From positions 352,001 through 416,000 of the forward strand of contig CAVPCT010000003.1 in NCBI GenBank assembly GCA_963702475.1: DNA of 64,000 bases. Direction: 5' to 3'. Below are positions 51,057 through 62,414 of this stretch, piece after piece. This DNA is from an uncultured Thermoleophilia bacterium (GTDB lineage Bacteria; Actinomycetota; Thermoleophilia; UBA2241). The position numbers were made by a program, and so were the translations under genes. How positions within the stretch are numbered: the first letter of the stretch is position 1; each line of letters starts with the position of its first letter. Under the pieces are notes generated by a model that was not told where the DNA came from, did not search any database, and saw only the letters and a program-made list of their open reading frames with translations.

Positions 51057-52376
51057 TCAGTCGGCCGTCCCGAGATGCGGGAACAGATCCAGCGTGCCGG
51101 CCTGTGCCCTGACGGCCCGCTCGGCGATGTCGGGCCGCACCTGCATGCCGTCGAAGGCGATCCTTGAGATGCCCTCATAGGCGCGCGCCCGGGCGGCGGG
51201 GAAGCCGTCGCCGAGCGCGCTGACCGCGAGCACGCGGCCGCCGGCGGTGACCACCTGACCGTCGTGCAGAGCCGTGCCGGCGTGGTAGACGCTCACGCCT
51301 TCCAGGCCGGCCGCCGCGTCCAGCCCGGTGATGACATCGCCCTTGTGGCTGCTTGCCGGGTAACCGGCCGAGGCCATCACGACCGTGACGCACTCCTGCG
51401 GCTTCCAGGCGGCGGAGACGCCGGCGAGCTCGCCGGCCGCCGCCGCCGCGCACAGCTCCAGCAGGTCGCTGTCCAGGCGTGGCAGCACCGCCTGCGTCTC
51501 GGGGTCACCGAAGCGGCAGTTGAACTCCAGCACCTTGACGCCGTCGGCAGTGACGATGAGGCCGGCGTACATGACGCCCTTGTAGGCGATGCCGCGCGCC
51601 TTGAGCGCGGCCATGGTTGGCTCCACGACCGTCGCCATGGCCGCGTCGATCGCCCTCTGCTCGAAGCCCGGCACGGGGCAGTAGCTGCCCATGCCGCCGG
51701 TATTGGGGCCCTGGTCGCCGGCGAAGATGCGCTTGTAGTCCTGCGCCGGCGCCAGCGGCACGGCGTTGACGCCGTCGCAGAGCACCAGCAGCGAGACCTC
51801 CGAGCCCTGCAGGAACTCCTCCACGATGACCACGTCGCCGGCGGCGCCGAAGGCGCGGTCGACGAAACAGCTCTCGACCGCGGCCCGCGCCGCCTCGTAG
51901 TCCTCGCAGATCATGACGCCCTTGCCGGCGGCGAGGCCGTCGGCCTTCACCACGAGCGGGTACGTGTCTTGCAGCGTGAGGCACTCGAGGGCCGTCTCCA
52001 GGCTCTCGTGCCGCCGGTACAGCCCCGTCACCACGCCACCCTCGCGCATGATCTCCTTGGCGAAGACCTTGCTGCCCTCGAGCCGGGCGCCATCGATGTT
52101 CGGCCCGAACACGGCCAGCCCGTGCTCCTCGAAGAGGTCGGTGAGGCCGGCGACCAGCGGCGCCTCCGGGCCGACCACGGTGAGGTCGACCTGCTCGCGG
52201 CTGGCGAAGTCGAGCAACGCCGGCAGGTCCTCGGCGCTGAGGGGTATGTTGTCGGCCTCGGCGGCGGTGCCGGCGTTGCCCGGCGCCACGAAGATGCGCT
52301 CTGCAAGCGGGGACTGGGCGAACGAGTGGACGAGGGCGTGCTCCCGGCCACCGCCGCCGACAACGAGCACGCGCAT
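51057..52376 (-). CDS. purD: Phosphoribosylamine--glycine ligase
   Basis: GGREHAL, GPEAPL, KADGLAAGKGV, GPNTGGMG, EFNCRFGDPE. Confidence 0.97.
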   Translation of the reverse strand: MRVLVVGGGGREHALVHSFAQSPLAERIFVAPGNAGTAAEADNIPLSAEDLPALLDFASREQVDLTVVGPEAPLVAGLTDLFEEHGLAVFGPNIDGARLEGSKVFAKEIMREGGVVTGLYRRHESLETALECLTLQDTYPLVVKADGLAAGKGVMICEDYEAARAAVESCFVDRAFGAAGDVVIVEEFLQGSEVSLLVLCDGVNAVPLAPAQDYKRIFAGDQGPNTGGMGSYCPVPGFEQRAIDAAMATVVEPTMAALKARGIAYKGVMYAGLIVTADGVKVLEFNCRFGDPETQAVLPRLDSDLLELCAAAAAGELAGVSAAWKPQECVTVVMASAGYPASSHKGDVITGLDAAAGLEGVSVYHAGTALHDGQVVTAGGRVLAVSALGDGFPAARARAYEGISRIAFDGMQVRPDIAERAVRAQAGTLDLFPHLGTAD

Positions 52377-52529
52377 AGACGCCTCCCGTGTGTGTCTGAA
52401 GTGGAGCCGGGCCGGGCAGGCTACGCCGCCGCCCCCGGCAGTACCGTGCGAGTCTACCCGCGCGCGGCGTGCTTGGGGAGGGGCAGCCGGCGCGTCACGC
52501 GCCGAGCTGCCCGGCCGGGAAGCGGCGCC

Positions 52530-55105
<2,576 letters not shown>

Positions 55106-55109
55106 CGCC

Positions 55110-56240
55110 GTGGGCGAGCTGTCGGCGATCGTGCTGGCCGCCGGCGCCTCGTCGCGCATGGGGTCGCCCAAGCCGCTGCTGACGGCCGGCGGCCGCACCC
55201 TGCTCGCGTGGGCCGTCGGCAGGCTCGGCGCCGCCGGGGTCGAGGACGTCGTCGTGGTGACCGGCCACCGCGGAGACGACGTGGGCGCGGCGGCCGCGGC
55301 GCTCGGCGTCCGGTCCGTTCGCAACCCGCGGTATGAGGACGGCATGTTCTCCTCGGTCCGGGCCGGCGCCGCGGCCGTCTCGGAGGGGCGGAGCTTCTTC
55401 CTGCTGCCCGTCGACTGCCCGCTCGTGCGCCCGGAGACGGTCGGCCGGCTGGCAAGGGTGGGAACCACGCGCGGCTCTCCGGTGACAGTGCCCGTCCACG
55501 GCGACGTGCCCGGCCATCCGCCGCTGCTCGGACCCGGGCTCCTCGCCGAGATCCTGGCGGAGCATCCATCCGGAGGGCTGCGCGAGCTGCTCCTGTCCCA
55601 TCCGGACCGGGTGTCGCGCGTGTCGGTGGACGACCCGGGCGTGTTGGACGACGCCGACACGCCCGCGGACCTGGAGGCGCTGAACGCGCGGGCGGTGCGC
55701 GAGGAACTGCCGCCGCAGCCCCGCTGCCTCGAGTTGCTGCGGGAGCACGGCGCCGGTGAGGCGCTCGTCGCGCACTCTGTGGCCGTAGCCGCCGCGGCTA
55801 CGGCGCTCGCGGCGGCCTTGAACGAGCGGCAACAGCACCTGTGCCTGCCGCTCGTGACCACCGCCGCGCTGCTCCACGACGTCGCGCGCGACGCGCCCGG
55901 GCACGCCAACGCGGGCGCGGCCCTGCTCGTGCGGCTCGGATACCCGCGGCTGGCCCCGGTGGTCCGGAGCCACATGCACCTTGGCGACGCCGCCGGCGCC
56001 GGGATCGACGAGACTCAGGTCGTCTACCTCGCCGACAAGCTGGTGCTGGCCGACCGCTTCGCAGGCCTGGAGGAGCGCTTCGCCGCGCGGCTGCGGCAGG
56101 TCGGCGGCGACGAGGCGACGCGGACGGCGGTCCTTCGGCGTCGCGACGAGGCCTCGCGCGTGCTGGCGCGCATCGACGCCGTGCTCGGGGGCGCCGCGGA
56201 ACAGACCGCGGCGGTGGCGCTGACGTCAGCCGGCGGCTGA
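55110..56240 (+). CDS. MocA-like nucleotidyltransferase fused to an HD domain
   Basis: LAAG.SSRMG..K, GMFSS, LPVDCP, GHP, DADTP.D; HS..VA, LLHDV, YLADK. Confidence 0.88.
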   Translation: MGELSAIVLAAGASSRMGSPKPLLTAGGRTLLAWAVGRLGAAGVEDVVVVTGHRGDDVGAAAAALGVRSVRNPRYEDGMFSSVRAGAAAVSEGRSFFLLPVDCPLVRPETVGRLARVGTTRGSPVTVPVHGDVPGHPPLLGPGLLAEILAEHPSGGLRELLLSHPDRVSRVSVDDPGVLDDADTPADLEALNARAVREELPPQPRCLELLREHGAGEALVAHSVAVAAAATALAAALNERQQHLCLPLVTTAALLHDVARDAPGHANAGAALLVRLGYPRLAPVVRSHMHLGDAAGAGIDETQVVYLADKLVLADRFAGLEERFAARLRQVGGDEATRTAVLRRRDEASRVLARIDAVLGGAAEQTAAVALTSAGG

Positions 56241-57638
56241 CCGGCCGCCCAGGATGCTCCGCGCGGCGAGCACACCGGCCGCTGAGGCTTGCACAAGCCC
56301 GCGCGTGACGCCGGCGCCGTCGCCGACGGCGTACAGGTCGCGGACCGGCGTCTGCAGGCCGGCGTCCATCTCGGGCCGCGCAGAGTAGAACTTCACCTCC
56401 ACGCCGTACAGCAGCGTGTCGCGGCCGTTGACGCCCGGGGCGAGGTTGTCCATCGCCTCGAGCATGTCGAGGATGTCGCGCAGGTGGCGATACGGCAGCA
56501 CGAAGGCGAGGTCGCCGGCCGTGGCGCCCTTCAGCGACGGTTGCACCGTCCCGCGCCCGATGCGGTCCATCGTGCTGCGGTGGCCCTGGTGCAGGTCGCC
56601 CAGCCGCTGCACGATGATGTCCTCGCCGAGCAGGTTGGCCAGCCGCGCGATGCTCTTGCCGTAGGCCAGCGGATCGTCGAAGGGTTCGGTGAAGTCGGTG
56701 CTCACCAGCAGAGCGAAGTTGGTGCGGTCGGTCTTCATGTCGGCGTAGCTGTGGCCGTTCACAGTGACCACGTCGCCGTAGTTCTCCAGCGAGACTTCGC
56801 CGTAGGGGTTCATGCAGAAGGTGCGCACCGGGTCGTCGAAGCTCGGCGTGTAGTAGACGAGCTTGCTCTCGTACAGGGCCGTGGTGAGCGGCTCCATGAT
56901 GGAGGCGGCCACCTCCACGCGCACGCCGATGTCCACCGGGTTGGTGCGCAGCTTGATGTGCAGACGCCGGCATTCCTCCGCGAGCCAGCCGGCGCCCTCC
57001 CGTCCGGGAGCCACGATGACGGCGCCGGCGCGGATCCGCGTGCCGTCCTCGAGCACCACGCCGGTGGCGCGCAGGGCACTCGCGCCGGCGGGCTTCTCCG
57101 TGAGGATGCGGTCGACGCGCGTGCCCGTCTGCACGGCGATGCGCTCCTGCAGCTCCTCGCGCATGCGCGTGAGGCTCTCGTAGGAGCGCTCGGTGCCCAT
57201 GTGTCGCACCGGCGACTCGATCAGCGTCATGCCGTGCAGCAGAGCCTGCCGGCGGATCTTGTCGGCTCGCTTGCCACCACCGTGGACCTCGGGCGTGGCG
57301 CCGTACTCGAGCCAGATGCCGTCGACGTACTCGATGAGCCCGGTGAGCTCCTGGCGCGAGACGAACCTGTCGAGCCAGCCGCCGACGTCGGGAGACAGGG
57401 TGAGCTTGCCGTCGCTGAAGGCGCCGGCGCCGCCCCAGCCGCAGGTGATGTCGCAGGGCTCGCAGCCGCTGCACACGCCGGTGGCGCGCGCGGGGCAGCT
57501 GCGGCGGCCGATGTCGGGGCCGCGCTCGACGAGCAGCACGTCGAGGCCGTCGCGGCGCACCAGTTCCAGGGCGGCGAAGATGCCGGCCGGACCGGCGCCC
57601 ACGATGATCACGTCGTATGAGCTGCGGTCAGCGTTCAT
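56226..57638 (-). CDS. NAD(P)/FAD-dependent oxidoreductase
   Basis: GAGPAG, G.GGAGAFSDGK, RHMGT, RTFCMNP, EVKFY, GDGAG.TRGL. Confidence 0.88.
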   Translation of the reverse strand: MNADRSSYDVIIVGAGPAGIFAALELVRRDGLDVLLVERGPDIGRRSCPARATGVCSGCEPCDITCGWGGAGAFSDGKLTLSPDVGGWLDRFVSRQELTGLIEYVDGIWLEYGATPEVHGGGKRADKIRRQALLHGMTLIESPVRHMGTERSYESLTRMREELQERIAVQTGTRVDRILTEKPAGASALRATGVVLEDGTRIRAGAVIVAPGREGAGWLAEECRRLHIKLRTNPVDIGVRVEVAASIMEPLTTALYESKLVYYTPSFDDPVRTFCMNPYGEVSLENYGDVVTVNGHSYADMKTDRTNFALLVSTDFTEPFDDPLAYGKSIARLANLLGEDIIVQRLGDLHQGHRSTMDRIGRGTVQPSLKGATAGDLAFVLPYRHLRDILDMLEAMDNLAPGVNGRDTLLYGVEVKFYSARPEMDAGLQTPVRDLYAVGDGAGVTRGLVQASAAGVLAARSILGGRSAAG

Positions 57639-57709
57639 GGGTGAGGACGGGGGAGGGTCGGGAACAGGGCGAAAGCGGTTCCCTGGCGGGATGATAGTCG
57701 CGCGGCGTC

Positions 57710-57759
57710 CGCATGACAAACGCGCGGTGCGCGCGGGGCCGCGAACGCATGACAAACGC
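57710..57759. promoter_or_regulatory. Direct repeat CGCATGACAAACGC x2 in a divergent intergenic region
   Basis: Copies at 57710-57723 and 57746-57759 (36-bp period). Confidence 0.5.
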
Positions 57760-57828
57760 TGCGCGTCTCGAATCTCGTGTGTGGCGCCCTGCGCGGAGGG
57801 CCGGGGCGTGGCGACGCGGGAGGCGGTC

Positions 57829-58269
57829 ATGACGCTCCGGGTTACGTGGCGACAGGCGGGATCGGTGGCGGTCGTGCTGGCGGTGGCTGTGACGGCCGCC
57901 GGGCTGCTGGCCGCCTGCGGCGGCGAGAGCGGCTCCTCGGGTCAGACAGTACGGCTCAGTCCGGATCCCGAAGGCTCGACGAGCGTCACGGTCAAGGTCG
58001 GCGACACGGTGGTGGTCAGTCTCGCGGCCAACGCCACCACGGGCTACGAGTGGCAGTTCACCGCCGGCGACACGTTCGTGATCGAGAGCAGCGAGTACGT
58101 GCCCGACCCCAACCCGTCGGGCCTGGTGGGCGTCGGGGGCAAGCAGGTGGTGACGCTCGAGGTGACCGAGGCCGGGAGCTCCGACCTCCTCGGCTTCTAC
58201 GTGCGGCCCTGGGAGACACCGTCGCCGGATCCGCAGCCGGACTTCCAGATGACGGTCGTGAGCGAGTGA
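57829..58269 (+). CDS. Chagasin (I42) protease-inhibitor lipoprotein
   Basis: Lipobox LAAC; N.TTGY.W, G.GG, Y.RPWE. Confidence 0.88.
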   Translation: MTLRVTWRQAGSVAVVLAVAVTAAGLLAACGGESGSSGQTVRLSPDPEGSTSVTVKVGDTVVVSLAANATTGYEWQFTAGDTFVIESSEYVPDPNPSGLVGVGGKQVVTLEVTEAGSSDLLGFYVRPWETPSPDPQPDFQMTVVSE

Positions 58270-58317
58270 AGGCAGCCGGTCCCGGCGGCGCAGCCGCTCC
58301 GGGACCGGGCCCGTGAG

Positions 58318-58370
58318 ACGGGCAGGGCGGGCGGCTCGGCCGGCCCAGCGGAGCCGCCCGCCCTGCCCGT
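58318..58370. terminator. 20-bp inverted repeat
   Basis: ACGGGCAGGGCGGGCGGCTC ... GAGCCGCCCGCCCTGCCCGT. Confidence 0.65.
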
Positions 58371-58428
58371 ACGCCGTCGCCGTCCGGCTTGTCTCCCGTC
58401 GTGCGCCCGGGTAGCCTCCGAGGCATCC

Positions 58429-58932
58429 ATGCACGACCCCGTCTTCAGCCGCCGCAGCATCCGCAGGTACACGGACGAGCCCGTGTCCGACGAGCACGTC
58501 GAGCGGCTGCTGCGGGCGGGCATGGCGGCGCCGTCGGCCGGCAACCAGCAGCCGTGGAGCTTCGTCGTCGTGCGCGACCGCGCGAGCCTGGGCGCGGTGC
58601 CCGGGTTCCACCCGTACGCCGCCATGATGCCCAACGCTCCGGTCGCACTCGTGGTGTGCGGCCACCCCGGGAGCTGCAAGTGGCCGCAGATGTGGGTCCA
58701 GGACTGCTCCGCGGCCACCGAGAACATCCTCGTGGAGGCAGCGGCGCTCGGGCTCGGCGCCGTGTGGCTGGGCGTGCATCCCCTCGCGGAGCGCGAGTGC
58801 GGCCTGCGCGCCCTCCTCGGCATCCCCGACGACGTCGTGCCGTTCGCGATCGTCCCCATCGGGCACCCGGTGGAGGCCAAGGGGCCGTCGGACCGCTACG
58901 ACCCGGGGCGGGTGCACGTCGAACGCTGGTGA
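58429..58932 (+). CDS. Nitroreductase family protein
   Basis: RRSIRRY, APSAGNQQPW, QDCSAATEN, LGAVWLG. Confidence 0.92.
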   Translation: MHDPVFSRRSIRRYTDEPVSDEHVERLLRAGMAAPSAGNQQPWSFVVVRDRASLGAVPGFHPYAAMMPNAPVALVVCGHPGSCKWPQMWVQDCSAATENILVEAAALGLGAVWLGVHPLAERECGLRALLGIPDDVVPFAIVPIGHPVEAKGPSDRYDPGRVHVERW

Positions 58933-59053
58933 ACGTCTGGCGCCGGTCTTCCGCTGCGGCCCCTGAGCACGCGGCACGCGCGGCCTGAACGGTACCGGCG
59001 CGCCGTCCGCGGGTAGGCAGAGGCTGTCGGGGAGTCGCAGATCGGAGGCAGCC

Positions 59054-59560
59054 ATGGAGGATCCCGTCCTTGAGCGGCGCAGCATCCGCAAGTTCACCGA
59101 CCGGCCGGTGCCCGAGGACCACGTGACGACACTGCTCAAGGCGGGCATGAGTGCCCCCTCGGCCGGCAACGAACGCCCTTGGCACTTCGTCGTCATCCGC
59201 GAGCGTTCGTTGCTCGACGCCGTCGCCACGTTCCATCCCTACGCGCGCATGATCACACAGGCGCCCCTGGCGATCCTCGTGTGCGGTGACCCCGAGCTGG
59301 AGAGGAGCAAGGGCTTCTGGGTCGAGGACTGCTCCGCGGCCACCGAGAACATCCTGATCGAGGCGCAGGCCATCGGTCTCGGCAGCGTGTGGCTCGGCAT
59401 CTACCCGCGCGAGGACCGGGTCGAGAACATGCGGCGCATCATCGCGGGGATGCCCGAGCACGTCGTGCCCTTCGCGCTCCTTCCCATCGGCTACCCGGGC
59501 GAGATCAAGCGCCCGTCGGACCGCTGGGACGACTCGCGCGTGCACCGCGGGCGCTGGTGA
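59054..59560 (+). CDS. Nitroreductase family protein (tandem paralog)
   Basis: RRSIRKF, APSAGNERPW, DCSAATEN, LGSVWLG. Confidence 0.92.
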   Translation: MEDPVLERRSIRKFTDRPVPEDHVTTLLKAGMSAPSAGNERPWHFVVIRERSLLDAVATFHPYARMITQAPLAILVCGDPELERSKGFWVEDCSAATENILIEAQAIGLGSVWLGIYPREDRVENMRRIIAGMPEHVVPFALLPIGYPGEIKRPSDRWDDSRVHRGRW

Positions 59561-59729
59561 GGTGGCGCGGCGCCGATCGTGGCCGCGCCGCAGTTTGCGG
59601 GGTCCCCGGCACGGGTACTTCCGCTAGCGACCCGCGACGCGGCGGGTGCCGCCCGGGGGCCCGGCGCCACCGAGACAGGCTCCGCCCCGCGGGTCGTGGA
59701 CTGGAGCAAGCGGTTCGGAAGGGGTGACA

Positions 59730-60059
59730 GTGGCCGGACCTGAGTGGGTCCCTACCATCGACGACACGAAGATCAAGGACGGCGCGTACGTGGCCGTCTA
59801 TCCCAAGGGCTTGAGCGTCCTGCTCGTGCGCGTCGAGGGTGAGCTGCATGCCGTGGCCAACAAGTGCGCCCACATGGCCTGTCCGCTCGAGGGCGGCGAG
59901 CTCTCGGGCGCGGTGATCACGTGCCCCTGCCACGACTGGCGCTTCGACGTCCGCAGCGGGGAGTTCCTTGACGCGCCCGAGCTGGGCATCGCCACCTTCC
60001 CGACTCGCGTGGAGGACGGCAAGGTCCTCGTGCGGATCGGAGGGCGCGGCGATGGTTGA
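59730..60059 (+). CDS. Rieske [2Fe-2S] ferredoxin
   Basis: CAH...CPCH.WRFD.RSG. Confidence 0.9.
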   Translation: MAGPEWVPTIDDTKIKDGAYVAVYPKGLSVLLVRVEGELHAVANKCAHMACPLEGGELSGAVITCPCHDWRFDVRSGEFLDAPELGIATFPTRVEDGKVLVRIGGRGDG

Positions 60060-60312
60060 CGACGTCTACGTGTACGCCCTGAGCACCTGTCCGTGGTGTC
60101 GCAAGACCAGGCAGTGGCTGGAAGACAGCAGTATCGCCTACGAGTGGGTCGAGGTGGACAAGCTGCCTCAGGACGAACAGGACAAGGCCGCCGAGAAGGC
60201 CTACCAGCTCAGCGGCGGCCGCCGCTACCCCGTGGTCGTCATCAACGGCGAGGTCGTGGTCGGCTACAGCCCCGACAAGTTCCTCGAACACCTCAAGGGC
60301 TGGGGAGGGTGA
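60052..60312 (+). CDS. Glutaredoxin (NrdH-like)
   Basis: YALSTCPWC, YPVVVI...VVGY. Confidence 0.9.
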   Translation: MVDDVYVYALSTCPWCRKTRQWLEDSSIAYEWVEVDKLPQDEQDKAAEKAYQLSGGRRYPVVVINGEVVVGYSPDKFLEHLKGWGG

Positions 60313-60314
60313 GC

Positions 60315-60647
60315 ATGGGCTCAGAGGCGCGCAAAGAGTCGATGCGCTACCTGTACGAGAGGGTCGTGGGTCCACTCGGCTTCAAGTTCACCCCCGACGA
60401 GGGGCTCGTCGACTTCCTCCTGGAGCAGGAGGTCAAGCTGGAGCAGGACCTGGGCGCGCCGTTCTGCCCGTGTCAGGGCCGCAGCGGCGTGCGGGCTGAG
60501 GACATGCTGATCGTGTGCCCCTGCATCCCCTTTCACCGCGCCCACTTCGACAGGATGAAGCGGTGCTGGTGCGGGCTGTTCGTGCACGCCGACGTCACCG
60601 ACCCCGACAGCCTCCCGCAACTCGAGCCGGAGGAGGGTGAAGCCTGA
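60315..60647 (+). CDS. Ferredoxin:thioredoxin reductase catalytic subunit (FTR-c)
   Basis: CPC...CPC...CWCGLF Fe-S/disulfide motif. Confidence 0.88.
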   Translation: MGSEARKESMRYLYERVVGPLGFKFTPDEGLVDFLLEQEVKLEQDLGAPFCPCQGRSGVRAEDMLIVCPCIPFHRAHFDRMKRCWCGLFVHADVTDPDSLPQLEPEEGEA

Positions 60648-61036
60648 TGTGGCACGAGGTAGCCAAGATGGACGACATCGCTCCCGGCGGGATGAAGTAC
60701 GTGCGTGCCGCCGACCGTGAGATCTGCCTCTGCGAGTTCGACGGCGACATCTACGCCGTCAGCCGTCGCTGCGGCCACGAGAACGCCCCACTCGACCAGG
60801 GCTCCCTGGAGGGCTGGATCATCACCTGTCCCCTCCACAATGGGCAGTTCGACATCCGCAGCGGCGTGAACCTCAGCTGGCCGCTGGACCACGACATGGG
60901 CCCGCAGGAAGACATCCCCGAGCCGGTCAAGCGCTGGTTCAAGCTGCAGAAGCGGCTGGAGTGGAAGACCCGTGTGCACGACCTGCACACGTACAACGTG
61001 CGCGTCACCGACGGCGCCATAGAAGTCGAGATCTGA
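60647..61036 (+). CDS. Rieske [2Fe-2S] ferredoxin with an insertion
   Basis: CGH...CPLH..QFDIRSG; about 30-aa insertion before L.TY.V. Confidence 0.88.
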   Translation: MWHEVAKMDDIAPGGMKYVRAADREICLCEFDGDIYAVSRRCGHENAPLDQGSLEGWIITCPLHNGQFDIRSGVNLSWPLDHDMGPQEDIPEPVKRWFKLQKRLEWKTRVHDLHTYNVRVTDGAIEVEI

Positions 61037-61076
61037 GCGACACAGCGCGTCGCACCCCGACCATCAAGGAGGACCT

Positions 61077-61673
61077 ATGGCCTTCGAACTGCCGCCCCTG
61101 CCCTACGCCGACGACGCTCTCGAGCCCGACTACTCGGCCAACACCATCAGCTTCCACTACGGCAAGCACCACAAGACCTACGTCGACACCCTCAACAAGC
61201 TCGTGGACGGCACCGACCTCGCGGACAAGAGTCTCGAGGAGGTCATCGCGGCTGTCGCCGGCAACGCCGAGAAGCAGGCCGTGTTCAACAACGCCGCCCA
61301 GGTGTGGAACCACACCTTCTTCTGGAACGGCATGAAGCCGGGCGGCGGCGGAGCGCCGGGCGGCGCCCTGGGAGACAAGATCACGGCCACGTGGGGCGGC
61401 TACGCTGACTTCGTGGAGGCCTTCAAGGCCGCGGCCGTGGGTCGCTTCGGCAGCGGCTGGGCATGGCTCGTGGCCGACGGCGGCGAGCTCAAGATCGTGA
61501 GCACGCCCAACGCCGAGCAGCCGGCGGCCGGCACGCCGCTTCTCGTGGTCGACGTGTGGGAGCATGCCTACTACCTCGACTACCAGAACCTGCGTCCCAA
61601 GTACACGGAGACGTTCTTCGAGAAGCTCGCCAACTGGGAGTTCGCGGCCGCCAACTACGCCGCCGCGAAGTAA
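61077..61673 (+). CDS. sodB: Fe/Mn superoxide dismutase (Fe-type signature)
   Basis: HYGKHH, FNNAAQVWNH, FGSGW, DVWEHAYY. Confidence 0.93.
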   Translation: MAFELPPLPYADDALEPDYSANTISFHYGKHHKTYVDTLNKLVDGTDLADKSLEEVIAAVAGNAEKQAVFNNAAQVWNHTFFWNGMKPGGGGAPGGALGDKITATWGGYADFVEAFKAAAVGRFGSGWAWLVADGGELKIVSTPNAEQPAAGTPLLVVDVWEHAYYLDYQNLRPKYTETFFEKLANWEFAAANYAAAK

Positions 61674-61730
61674 CGACCGGGGCGTTGGGTCGCGACGCTG
61701 TGCCGTCGTCCCATCGCAGGTGGGTGCACC

Positions 61731-61768
61731 GGCCAGGGCCGGAGGGCGAGAGCCCTCCGGCCTTGGCC
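61731..61768. terminator. Hairpin with GAGA tetraloop downstream of sod
   Basis: GGCCAGGGCCGGAGGGC-gaga-GCCCTCCGGCCTTGGCC. Confidence 0.6.
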
Positions 61769-61996
61769 GCGTACGGCCCCGGCAGCACCGCGGCCGCGCC
61801 AGGCCGTCGCCCGCGGGCTGCGGCAGCACGTCGTCGCCCACCGCCAGCTCACGGTGTGCACGACCACCACCGGTGGCGCGGCAAGGCGACGTCGCCGAAC
61901 GGCGGTCTCTGGTAGGGAGCCGGGTTTGCGGCCAGAATCAGTGCGCGAGAGCCGAGGCCGTAGCGGCGCCGGCGACCGTCTTACCAAGGAGGAGCG

Positions 61997-62410
61997 ATGT
62001 TCAAGGGGTTCCGTGAGTTCATCATGCGCGGCAACGTCGTCGACCTGGCCGTGGCGGTGGTCATCGGCGCCGCCTTCGGGGCCGTGGTCAAGGCCTTCGT
62101 CGACAACATCATCACGCCCATCATCGCGGCGATCTTCGGGCAGCCGGACTTCGCCGCCCTCAAGTTCACCGTCAACGGGAGCGTGTTCCAGTACGGGCTC
62201 TTCATCAACGCGCTGGTCTCGTTCGTGCTGATCGCTCTCGCGGTCTACTACGTCGTCATCGTCCCGATGAACAAGATGAACGAGCTGAAGGCTCGCGGCA
62301 AGGCGCCGGAGGATCCGACCACCAAGCAGTGCCCCGAGTGCCTGAGCGAGATCCCCATCGCGGCACGCAAGTGCGCCTTCTGCGCGTCGCCGCAGGACAC
62401 GGCGGCCTGA
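61997..62410 (+). CDS. mscL: Large-conductance mechanosensitive channel with C-terminal zinc ribbon
   Basis: F.EFIMRGNVVDLAVAVVIGAAF; CPEC.S.IP..A.KC.FC tail. Confidence 0.95.
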   Translation: MFKGFREFIMRGNVVDLAVAVVIGAAFGAVVKAFVDNIITPIIAAIFGQPDFAALKFTVNGSVFQYGLFINALVSFVLIALAVYYVVIVPMNKMNELKARGKAPEDPTTKQCPECLSEIPIAARKCAFCASPQDTAA

Positions 62411-62414
62411 GGTC

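Noticed and set aside
58429-61673. Selenocysteine recoding in the redox genes
   Set aside because: All CxxC, CPC and Rieske motifs use Cys codons; no in-frame TGA found.
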